The notes beneath the pieces were generated by a model, which was not told the origin of the DNA, ran no database searches, and saw nothing but the letters and a program-made list of their open reading frames with translations. The translations under genes were made by a program, and so were the position numbers. From positions 1 to 48,534 of the forward strand of contig JAMWBQ010000001.1 of assembly GCA_023819315.1 (NCBI GenBank): a DNA stretch of 48,534 nt, written 5' to 3'. Below are positions 39,104-47,509 of the stretch, in pieces. The number at the start of each line of letters is the position of its first letter. Position 1 is the first letter of the stretch. The stretch comes from Candidatus Omnitrophota bacterium. Lineage in GTDB: Bacteria > Omnitrophota > Gorgyraeia > Duberdicusellales > 4484-171.

Positions 39104-39712
39104 ATGGAAGTAAACTTAGAAGGTTTGATAGAGAAGATTAAACGAGAGGGTGTAGAAGAGGCTAAAAAGACTTCCCAAGAGATTATTAGAAAATCAGAGG
39201 AAGAAGCAAAAAGTATAAAAGAGGAGGCACAAAAAAACGCTCAAGAGCAATTAGAGAAAGCTAAAAAAGATATAGAGCATTTTAAAAAAACCGCAGAAAA
39301 CTCTTTACAGCAAGCGGCACGGGATATCATACTTCTTGTTCGCCAAAAGATAATTGAGTTATGTGATTGTATTCTAAGGAGAGAAGTTTCTAATAAGCTC
39401 GATTCTCAATTTCTAGGAGAGATAATCTTGAAAGTTATAGATAAATGGGTTCCTCAAGAGGATATTAAGTTAGAGTTGCAGGTCTCCTCGGAAGATAAAA
39501 AACGATTAGAAGAATTTTTAATCAGCCGATTAAGAGAAGATTTAAAAAATAGTTTAGAGATTAAAATTAGACCAGAAATTAAAAAAGGTTTCCGCATAAA
39601 AATAGAGGGAGAAAACTTTTATTACGATTTTAGTGACGAGGCTATCTCGGAAGCATTATACTTAATGATAAACCCTGTTCTTTCCCAAATACTCACTGGT
39701 AAAAATGGATAA
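39104..39712 (+). CDS. atpE: V-type ATPase subunit E
   Basis: A charged coiled-coil N-terminus (EEAKKTSQEIIRKSEEEAKSIKEEAQ) with a globular C-terminus, as the first gene of the operon. The ATG at 39104 is preceded by GGAGGAG; an alternative ATG lies at 39089. Confidence 0.7.
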   Translation: MEVNLEGLIEKIKREGVEEAKKTSQEIIRKSEEEAKSIKEEAQKNAQEQLEKAKKDIEHFKKTAENSLQQAARDIILLVRQKIIELCDCILRREVSNKLDSQFLGEIILKVIDKWVPQEDIKLELQVSSEDKKRLEEFLISRLREDLKNSLEIKIRPEIKKGFRIKIEGENFYYDFSDEAISEALYLMINPVLSQILTGKNG

Positions 39713-40205
39713 GTTTTATTACCTTGCTGCACAACTACCTCTTTTAAAGTTTGCCCACCCACCATTTCTTACCAAAGAGGATTTTTTTTCCGAGTTAAAA
39801 AAATGGTTAACACCAAAAGAATTAGCAATTTTAAACAATGCAGAAATTAATGATTTTTCTATAAGAGAAGGTGCACCAAAACTTTTGGTTAACTATAAAA
39901 AGTTTGAGAGGGAACTGAGAGAAAGAATTGCTTATTTTAGAAGAGCAAGGAAGAACAATTTAGAGTATAGTTTATCCGGCGAACTTAAAGATATTCTTAC
40001 GCGAGAAAACCCCTTGGAGGTAGAAAAGAAACTTTTATATTTAAGATGGAAATTTGTGGAGGAATTAGAAATAGGCCACTATTTCGATTTAGAATTTTTT
40101 ATTGTTTATTTTTTAAAGTTACAGATTTTGTATAAGTTTTTCACCTTCAACAAAGATGAAGGTATGCGGAAATTTAAAAGTTTATGTAAGGTAAATTTAA
40201 GTTAA
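39705..40205 (+). CDS. V-ATPase operon-associated protein of unknown function (positional equivalent of the DUF2764/C-like gene)
   Basis: 166-aa ORF overlapping atpE by 8 nt. It lies between E and A, where the Chlamydia, spirochaete and Bacteroidetes operons carry an uncharacterised gene. I recognise no motif. Confidence 0.35.
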   Translation: MDKFYYLAAQLPLLKFAHPPFLTKEDFFSELKKWLTPKELAILNNAEINDFSIREGAPKLLVNYKKFERELRERIAYFRRARKNNLEYSLSGELKDILTRENPLEVEKKLLYLRWKFVEELEIGHYFDLEFFIVYFLKLQILYKFFTFNKDEGMRKFKSLCKVNLS

Positions 40206-40227
40206 TATCCCAGAGCATAAACAAGAT

Positions 40228-41961
40228 ATGGATAAGTACGGTAAGATTATAGGAATAAATGGGAATATGATTTCTGTAGTTTTTGAAGGCAATGTTCTTC
40301 AGAATGAGGTTGGTTATGTTTTATCAGGGGAGGAGTGTATTAAAGCAGAAGTAATAAAGATAAGGAATAATATAGCCTATATGCAGGTTTTTGAAAATAC
40401 AAAAGGGCTTAAAGTTAACGATACAGTGCAGTTTACCGCTAAAATGCTCTCCGTTCAACTTGGTCCAGGTTTACTTGGTCAGATATACGATGGCTTACAG
40501 AATCCCCTTACAGAGTTAGCCGGCAAATATGGATTCTTTCTACCCAGAGGGGTTACGATGAATCCCTTAGATACGAAGAAAGTATGGCATTTCAATCCTC
40601 TGGTAAAAGTGGGAGAGAAGATAGTTAAAGGTTTTCCTTTAGGTTACGTGCAGGAAGGTATTTTCTCGCACTATATTATGGTTCCTTTTGATTTAGAAGG
40701 AGAGTTTACTATAGAAAGTATAGTTGATGAGGGGGATTATACCATTCAGGATACAGTGGCGGTTATAAAAGATAGAGATGGCAAAATTTTGGAGTTGGAT
40801 ATGGTATTTAGTTGGCCAATAAAGATACCTATTAAAGTTTACCGAGAAAAATTTACTCCTACCCACCCTTTGATTACTCGTATCCGTATTATTGATACCT
40901 TTTTCCCAATATGTAAAGGAGGAACTTACTGTATACCGGGACCATTTGGAGCGGGGAAAACCGTGCTTCAGCAGCTAACCAGTAAATATGCAGAAGCAGA
41001 TATAGTTATCATTGCTGCTTGTGGAGAAAGAGCAGGAGAAGTTGTGGAAACATTAAGAAAGTTCCCTGAGCTTATTGACCCAAGAACAGGTAGGTCATTG
41101 ATGGAGAGGACAATTATCGTTTGCAATACAAGTTCAATGCCCGTAGCAGCAAGAGATGCTTCAGTTTATACAGCAGCAACCTTAGGTGAGTATTATCGAC
41201 AGATGGGGTTAGATGTTCTGCTTTTGGCTGATTCTACCTCGCGATGGGCACAAGCAATGCGTGAGGTTTCCGGTAGATTGGAAGAGATTCCCGGAGAAGA
41301 AGCTTATCCGGCATATTTAGAATCAAGGATTGCTGAGTTTTATGAACGAGCAGGCGAAGTAGAGCTTGTTTTTGGTAAAAGAGGTAGTTTAACTATTGGA
41401 GGAACAGTGAGTCCAGCAGGGGGTAATTTTGAAGAACCGGTTACCCAAGCAACACTTAAAGTGGTAGGAGCTTTTCATGGTTTATCGCGAGAACGTGCAG
41501 AAGCAAGACGCTTCCCTTCAATAGACCCTTTAGATAGTTGGTCAAGGTACAAGAGTTTTATCCCTCAGGAGATGGTTAAACAGGCAAAAGAAATTTTAGT
41601 TAGAGGGAATGAAGTTAACCAAATGATGAAGGTGGTAGGAGAGGAAGGAACATCTATGGATGATTTTCTCGTTTATCTTAAAGCAGAGTTTTTGGATAGT
41701 GTGTATTTACAGCAGAATGCCTTTGATCCCGTGGATGCTGCCACAACTCCTCAACGACAGAAGTATGTATTTAGTAAATTGGTAGAAGTATTGAAGAGAA
41801 ATTTTGATTTTTCTAATAAAGATGAGGCAAGAAAATTTTTCTATGAGCTTCGTCAGAGGTTTATAGATTGGAATTATAAGGAGTGGGATTCTTTAGAATT
41901 TAAGAATCAGGAAAAATTAATTGATGATTTTCTTCAAAAACAGTTAGTTTCTATCCAATGA
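40228..41961 (+). CDS. atpA: V-type ATPase catalytic subunit A
   Basis: 577-aa ORF containing Walker [21 protein letters not shown] and the GEEAYPAYL motif. Confidence 0.92.
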   Translation: MDKYGKIIGINGNMISVVFEGNVLQNEVGYVLSGEECIKAEVIKIRNNIAYMQVFENTKGLKVNDTVQFTAKMLSVQLGPGLLGQIYDGLQNPLTELAGKYGFFLPRGVTMNPLDTKKVWHFNPLVKVGEKIVKGFPLGYVQEGIFSHYIMVPFDLEGEFTIESIVDEGDYTIQDTVAVIKDRDGKILELDMVFSWPIKIPIKVYREKFTPTHPLITRIRIIDTFFPICKGGTYCIPGPFGAGKTVLQQLTSKYAEADIVIIAACGERAGEVVETLRKFPELIDPRTGRSLMERTIIVCNTSSMPVAARDASVYTAATLGEYYRQMGLDVLLLADSTSRWAQAMREVSGRLEEIPGEEAYPAYLESRIAEFYERAGEVELVFGKRGSLTIGGTVSPAGGNFEEPVTQATLKVVGAFHGLSRERAEARRFPSIDPLDSWSRYKSFIPQEMVKQAKEILVRGNEVNQMMKVVGEEGTSMDDFLVYLKAEFLDSVYLQQNAFDPVDAATTPQRQKYVFSKLVEVLKRNFDFSNKDEARKFFYELRQRFIDWNYKEWDSLEFKNQEKLIDDFLQKQLVSIQ

Positions 41962-43259
41962 AAAAAGTTTATACCAAAGTTATTAGTATAGTAGGTAACG
42001 TAATTACGGTTAAAGCAAAAGGAGCAAGTTACTATGAGTTAGCTCAGATTAAAACTCAACGGGGGATATCTTTAGCACAGGTTATTAAATTGGATGGAGA
42101 GATAGTATCTTTACAGGTCTTTGCTGGCAGTAGAGGAATATCTACTAACGATGAAGTTGTTTTTTTAGGTCATCCTATGCAAGTGGGTTTCTCCCAAAAT
42201 ATGTTGGGAAGAATATTTGACGGTTGTGGTAACCCTCGTGATAAAGGACCACTATTAATAGATAACCTTATTGATATAGCCGGTCCACCGGTTAATCCTG
42301 CTAAAAGAATAATTCCTTCAAGAATGATTAGAACAAATATCCCTATGATAGATGTTTTTAATTCGTTAGTAGTATCTCAGAAATTGCCTATATTTTCTGT
42401 CTCGGGTGAGCCATACAATGAGTTATTGGCAAGAATAGCTTTGCAGGCAGAAGTGGATATGATTATTTTAGGAGGGATTGGTTTAAAGTATGATCAATAT
42501 TTATTTTTCCGCGAAACCTTGGAGAGAGAAGGCGCTATGCAGAGAGCGATATTTTTTATTCATACTGCCTCTGATCCTATAGTAGAGGGGTTAATGGTTC
42601 CTGATCTATGTTTAGCAGTAGCAGAGAAGTTTGCCTTGCAAGGAGAGGACGTTTTGGTGTTGCTTACAGATATGACTAATTTTTCCGATGCTTTAAAGGA
42701 GATATCTATTACCATGGAACAGGTTCCTTCTAACCGCGGATATCCCGGTCACCTATACAGTCAACTAGCTGCTCGTTACGAAAAAGCGGTAGATTTTGAG
42801 GGTGCTGGTTCTATTACTATCCTTGCTGTAACTACTATGCCAGGGGACGATGTAACTCATCCTGTGCCTGATAATACAGGTTATATTACTGAGGGACAGT
42901 TCTACTTACGTAATGGTAGGATAGAACCATTTGGTTCTTTGAGTAGGTTAAAGCAACTGGTTAACGATAAAACCCGCAAAGATCACCGTGCGATTATGGA
43001 TGGAATGATACAGTTGTATGCTCAATACAAAGAAACAGAGGAGAAAAGGGCAATGGGTTTTAGGATGAGTGCATGGGATAAAAAGTTACTTAAATATGGT
43101 AAACTTTTTGAATCTCAAATGATGGATCTCTCAGTTAATATACCGTTAGAGGAAGCTTTGGATAGAGGGTGGCAGATATTAGCTAGTTGTTTTAAGCCGG
43201 AAGAGACAAGTTTCCGCACAGATTTAATCAAAGAATTCTGGCCTAAAGATAAGATTTAA
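41958..43259 (+). CDS. atpB: V-type ATPase subunit B
   Basis: 433-aa ORF with the non-catalytic B pattern ([47 protein letters not shown]). It overlaps atpA by 4 nt. Confidence 0.92.
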   Translation: MKKVYTKVISIVGNVITVKAKGASYYELAQIKTQRGISLAQVIKLDGEIVSLQVFAGSRGISTNDEVVFLGHPMQVGFSQNMLGRIFDGCGNPRDKGPLLIDNLIDIAGPPVNPAKRIIPSRMIRTNIPMIDVFNSLVVSQKLPIFSVSGEPYNELLARIALQAEVDMIILGGIGLKYDQYLFFRETLEREGAMQRAIFFIHTASDPIVEGLMVPDLCLAVAEKFALQGEDVLVLLTDMTNFSDALKEISITMEQVPSNRGYPGHLYSQLAARYEKAVDFEGAGSITILAVTTMPGDDVTHPVPDNTGYITEGQFYLRNGRIEPFGSLSRLKQLVNDKTRKDHRAIMDGMIQLYAQYKETEEKRAMGFRMSAWDKKLLKYGKLFESQMMDLSVNIPLEEALDRGWQILASCFKPEETSFRTDLIKEFWPKDKI

Positions 43260-43265
43260 TTAGAG

Positions 43266-43865
43266 ATGAAACTTAAATTAACCAAGAATGAACTTAAAAA
43301 GCAAAGAGAAGCATTACAGAGATTTGAACGATACTTACCTACATTACAGTTGAAGAAGCAGCAACTACAGTTTGAAATTTTAAGGATAGACCGAAAGATA
43401 GAAGAAGTTAACCATCAAATAAAAATGGTAGAACAAGAGATTTATTCTTGGGTTGATGTTTTTAGTGAAGAGGTTGATTGGGACAACCTGTTAAAGTTGA
43501 AAAAGATAAATATAGAGATGGGAAATATTGCCGGCATAGATATACCTTTATTTACAGATGTGGAGTTTGGAGAAAAAGATTACGATTTTTTCTTTACCCC
43601 TCTTTGGGTTGATGAGGGGATAAAAGTTTGTAAAAAGATAATCAGCTTAGAAGCACAGCGTTTAATTTATGAGAAACAGAGGGATATTTTGAAAGAGGAG
43701 TTAAGAATTACCACTCAGAGGGTTAATCTCTTTGAAAAAGTTAAGATACCACAGACTAAAGAGAATATCAGAAAGATTCGTATCTATTTAGGAGATTTGC
43801 AAACAGCAGGAGTAGTGAGAGGAAAGTTTGCCAAAGCTTATATTGAGAGAAAAATATACCAGTAA
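43266..43865 (+). CDS. atpD: V-type ATPase subunit D
   Basis: 199-aa ORF with a coiled-coil N-terminus, LTKNELKKQREALQRFERYLPTLQLKKQQL, typical of V-type D. Confidence 0.8.
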   Translation: MKLKLTKNELKKQREALQRFERYLPTLQLKKQQLQFEILRIDRKIEEVNHQIKMVEQEIYSWVDVFSEEVDWDNLLKLKKINIEMGNIAGIDIPLFTDVEFGEKDYDFFFTPLWVDEGIKVCKKIISLEAQRLIYEKQRDILKEELRITTQRVNLFEKVKIPQTKENIRKIRIYLGDLQTAGVVRGKFAKAYIERKIYQ

Positions 43866-43881
43866 ACTTAAGAAGGATTTT

Positions 43882-45666
43882 ATGATCGTTCGGATGAAAC
43901 AGGTTACTATAATGCTTGCGGATAAGAATATAGAGGAAGCTCTTAAGAAATTGAGGAGATTAGGGGTAGTGCATATAAAACATATTTTACCTCCCACCGC
44001 TAATGAGATAAGTTCCTTGGAAGAAAGTATAGAGAAGATAGATAAAGCCATGGCCATAGCAGGCTTAAAAAAGAAAGAGCTGTTGGAGAAAGAAGTAATA
44101 TGTAGCCAGGAGGAAGTGCTTAAATATGCTGAGGAAATCATTTCTCTTTCTCAACAGAGAGAAAAAATTTTAATAAAGGAAGGACAGTTAGAGGAAAAAA
44201 TTGCTTGGTTTAAGAAATGGGGTAATATTGATCCCCATTCAATAAAAGAGTTAGCTTCTCAAGGTGTATTTGTTAAATTCTACATTTGTTTTAAACACCT
44301 GTTAAAGGGTATTCCTAAGGATAAGAGTATAAATATAATTAGGGAGGAAGGTAACGATATTTATTTAGTATTAATTACTGATTGTAAAGAGGAAAAATTA
44401 GAGTTAAAGGAAGTAGAGATACCGGAAGAGGGAATTATCTATTACCAAAGAGAATTAGAAGAAACAAAAGAAGTTTTAAAAAGAACAGAGGATAGGATAA
44501 AAAATTTAACTTTCTATAAGAGTGTTTTCTTAAATTATAGAAAAAACCTGATAAAAGAATTAGAGTTCTATAAGGTAAGATATGGGATGGCAAAAGAGGA
44601 AGGGTTTTTGTATTTACAAGGATTTTGTCCACAGGAAAGTTGCAAAAGTTTAGAGGAGTTAGCTAAGAAAGAGAATTGGGCAGTACTGTTGGAGGAGCCG
44701 AAAGAACAAGAAGAGGTTCCTACCCTTTTACGTAACCCTCGCTGGATAGAGATAATTCATCCTGTTTTTAAACTTATCGGGACATTGCCAGGTTATAGAG
44801 AATACGATGTAAGTTTTTGGTTCCTTTTATTCTTTAGCATATTTTTTGCTATGCTTATAGGAGATGCTGGCTATGGAATTATTTTTTTATTAGGCACATT
44901 ATTTGCACAAAGGAAGTTTAAAAAATTTCCTAAAGAAATTTTTAGATTAGCATATATATTAAGCATTTTTACAATTATATGGGGACTAATTACAGGAACC
45001 TGGTTTGGTTGGGAAAAAATTGCGCGTTTACCGTTTTTGAATTATTTTGTTATAGATAGAATTAATAGTTTCGTGGAAGATAACCAATCTTTTATTATGT
45101 ACATAAGTTTTATAATTGGACTAATACAACTTTCCCTCGCTCATAGCATAGTGGCATTTAGATACATCAATTCTCTATTTGCTTTAGCCCAGATAGGCTG
45201 GATATTTATTCTATGGAGTGTATTTTTTATTGCTGGATATTTAATTTTAGATAAACCGCTCTTACCTATCGTGAAAATCCTTTTAATCGTTGGTTCAGGT
45301 TTAGTAGCAGTTTTTTCTCGCTTCCAAAAGAATATTTTGAAAGGTATACTTTTGACTATAAGCGATTTACCTTTAAAAGTAATCAGTTGTTTTTCTGACC
45401 TTGTCTCTTACGCACGCTTATTTGCCGTAGGATACGCTTCCACTTTAGTTGCTGCTACATTCAACAGCATTGCTCAAGAGATAGGATTTAATAGTCTAAT
45501 TAGTGGGTTTATTAGTAGTTTAATACTTTTTTGTGGACACACTTTAAATATTGTATTAGGATTACTTTCGGTAATTGTTCACGGGATACGGCTTAATATA
45601 TTAGAGTTTTCTTCTCATTTGGATATGCAGTGGACAGGTAAAGCTTATCAACCTTTTAGAGAGTGA
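43882..45666 (+). CDS. atpI: V-type ATPase subunit I (stator/a-subunit homologue)
   Basis: About 594 aa, with a soluble N-terminal half (MKQVTIM...LGVVHI) and a C-terminal half of about 7 TM segments. I place the start at the ATG at 43882, which has AAGGA upstream. The ORF-track start overlaps atpD. Confidence 0.8.
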   Translation: MIVRMKQVTIMLADKNIEEALKKLRRLGVVHIKHILPPTANEISSLEESIEKIDKAMAIAGLKKKELLEKEVICSQEEVLKYAEEIISLSQQREKILIKEGQLEEKIAWFKKWGNIDPHSIKELASQGVFVKFYICFKHLLKGIPKDKSINIIREEGNDIYLVLITDCKEEKLELKEVEIPEEGIIYYQRELEETKEVLKRTEDRIKNLTFYKSVFLNYRKNLIKELEFYKVRYGMAKEEGFLYLQGFCPQESCKSLEELAKKENWAVLLEEPKEQEEVPTLLRNPRWIEIIHPVFKLIGTLPGYREYDVSFWFLLFFSIFFAMLIGDAGYGIIFLLGTLFAQRKFKKFPKEIFRLAYILSIFTIIWGLITGTWFGWEKIARLPFLNYFVIDRINSFVEDNQSFIMYISFIIGLIQLSLAHSIVAFRYINSLFALAQIGWIFILWSVFFIAGYLILDKPLLPIVKILLIVGSGLVAVFSRFQKNILKGILLTISDLPLKVISCFSDLVSYARLFAVGYASTLVAATFNSIAQEIGFNSLISGFISSLILFCGHTLNIVLGLLSVIVHGIRLNILEFSSHLDMQWTGKAYQPFRE

Positions 45667-45678
45667 AGGTTTATTTTA
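45650..45678 (+). terminator. Weak candidate terminator overlapping the atpI stop
   Basis: AACCTT / 10-nt loop / AAGGTT, followed by TATTTTA. The stem is short and AT-rich, so this is tentative. Confidence 0.25.
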
Positions 45679-46014
45679 ACCAGCGAGTAGATATAATTAA
45701 AGCATAGATTACCTCTTAATTTGTTAAAATATAATAAGAAACGAAAGGATGTACACAATAGTTATCTATTATGAGCATATAAAAAGAAGCAAAGGAGGCT
45801 ACCGCAAGAAGATAAGTAACTATAAGTTTACAGAGTTCTTTTAGAAAATAAAAATTACATTACAAAATACCTCGTTGTCTCTTATTAATTAACCTAGTGA
45901 TCCGTCTTCGGCGGATGCACTCTTTGAGGAAAAAAGTGTTGTGAAAAATGGTACGAAGGGAGAAGTGATAGAAGGATTTTTCTAATTAAAGAGAGAAAGA
46001 GTTATAAACAATTA

Positions 46015-46045
46015 TAGTGTAAGAAAGTCCTTGCACTATGTTTTT
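46015..46045 (+). terminator. Terminator-like hairpin immediately upstream of the ACP RBS
   Basis: A 9-bp stem, TAGTGTAAG/CTTGCACTA, with one G:U pair and the loop AAAGTC. TGTTTTT follows, and the GGGGAGGTGGAG RBS starts 2 nt later. Confidence 0.5.
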
Positions 46046-46061
46046 AGGGGAGGTGGAGATA

Positions 46062-46319
46062 ATGCCGAAGATGAATCGTAAAAAAATTGAAAACAAGGTA
46101 AAAGAAATCATTTCAAAGGAATTAGGAGTAAAAATAGAAAATATTACTACTGATAAAAGATTAATTGAAGATTTTGGTATGGATTCATTTAACGCGATAG
46201 AAATTGGATTTGAGATAAAAGATAAGTTTGGAGTAGAAATAGCCGAAGATGATTTTAAGAAAATTAAGAAATTTAAAGATCTATTGGAATATATTTTAGA
46301 ACATATAACCCAAAATTAG
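46062..46319 (+). CDS. Acyl carrier protein
   Basis: An 85-aa acidic protein with the phosphopantetheine attachment motif FGMDSFNAIE. The ATG at 46062 is preceded by GGAGGTGGAG. Confidence 0.8.
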   Translation: MPKMNRKKIENKVKEIISKELGVKIENITTDKRLIEDFGMDSFNAIEIGFEIKDKFGVEIAEDDFKKIKKFKDLLEYILEHITQN

Positions 46320-46324
46320 AGATA

Positions 46325-47506
46325 ATGAATGAAAAATTAAAAAATGATATTTTTAAATTCCCAAAAGCGCAGATTTACTCTCCCAATTATATTAGGGAAA
46401 GAGTAAATTGGTTAAATAAATATCTTGGTATAAATTTATACTATATTGCGCGTTCTTTAGATGAGAGGAAAAATTTAAAGGATTTATTGAAAATTTAATT
46501 GGAAGTATTCAAATTCCTGTAGGGATAGCAGGCCCTTTAAAGATAAAAGGAGAATATGCAAAGGGATTATTCTTTATTCCTTTTGCAACTACCCAGTCAA
46601 CTCTGGTGAGAAGTTACGATCGAGGTATGGCTATACTTACTAAAGGGGGGTGAATACACTTATCTTAAAAGATGAGATTCATATTACTCCCGTTTTTTGG
46701 ACGAAGAATGTTTTTCAAGCGAAAGCATTTACATTATGGGTCAAAGATAACTTTGAGAAAATAAAAAAAGAGGCTGAAAAAACCACTTCTTATGGCAAAT
46801 TGTTAAGAATAAGACCATGGATAATTGGAAGAAAGGTTCTTTTAGTTTTTACTATTCTACAGCAGACGCAATGGGATTAAATATGATTGTAATTGCCACT
46901 GATAAAGCCTGCAAATATATTTCCCAGAAGACAGATATAGAAAAATTTTACTTACGTTCTAATCTATCTTCAGATAAAAAAGCTTCTTTTTTTAATTTTA
47001 TAGATGGTTATGGCAAAGAAGTTTTGGCTGAGGCAATAATACCTAAAGAGATTATTACGCGATATTTTAACATCTCACCTCAAGAGATATATGATTTTTG
47101 GCATTCTGCTCTTCTGGGGAGTTTACAGGGTGGAATGATTGGGATAAATGCTCATTTTGCTAATGGATTATCAGCTATATTTTTAGCCTGTGGACAAGAT
47201 ATTGCGAGTATCGTAAATGCTCATATGGGTATTGGTGAGTGTGAAATTACCCCAAATGGGGATTTATATTTAAGTATTAAAATTCCTTGTTTACCTATTG
47301 GAACAGTAGGTGGGGCGACTACATTATGCTGGCAAAACGAGTGTTTAAAAATATTGGGATGTGATGGGGATGGTAAAGCAAAAAAATTTGCGGAGATAAT
47401 TGGTGCAGCGATTCTTGCAGGTGAAATTTCTATAATTACCAGTTTTGTGTCGGGAAAATTTGCCGAAGCACATATTTCTGCTCGAAAAAGAAAAATTGGG
47501 AGGTAA
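46325..47506 (+). pseudogene. HMG-CoA reductase-like oxidoreductase gene disrupted by three frameshifts
   Basis: HMGR signatures are spread over four frame segments. These include ENLIGSIQIPVGIAGPLKIKG (46489-46650), STADAMGLNM and PIGTVGGAT (46817-47506). The frame changes fall at an A5 run (46469-46473), a G6 run (46645-46650) and T4/T5 runs (46840-46850). Confidence 0.7.
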
Positions 47507-47509
47507 CCG

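Noticed and set aside
46021-46030. AAGAAAGTCC, which resembles the GGAAAGUCC CR-I/P4 motif of RNase P RNA. This is relevant because rnpA is missing.
   Set aside because: It forms the loop and 3' side of the local terminator-like hairpin. An RNase P RNA starting here would have to run through the ACP coding sequence. None of the other conserved RNase P RNA elements is visible upstream.
45667-46037. A possible remnant of, or short ORF for, the missing V-ATPase proteolipid.
   Set aside because: There is no ORF of 60 codons or more on either strand. My frame-by-frame reading found frequent stops and no Gly/Ala-rich hydrophobic hairpin. A sensitive tblastn search would still be needed to exclude a heavily degraded remnant.
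46325-47506. Treating 46650-46880 and 46817-47506 as two independent genes, or the frameshifts as programmed recoding.
   Set aside because: The pieces carry consecutive HMGR motifs in the correct order, so they are fragments of one gene. Three shifts in different directions with no slippery-site or pseudoknot context do not fit programmed frameshifting. Sequencing or assembly error at the homopolymers remains a live alternative and is flagged in the finding.
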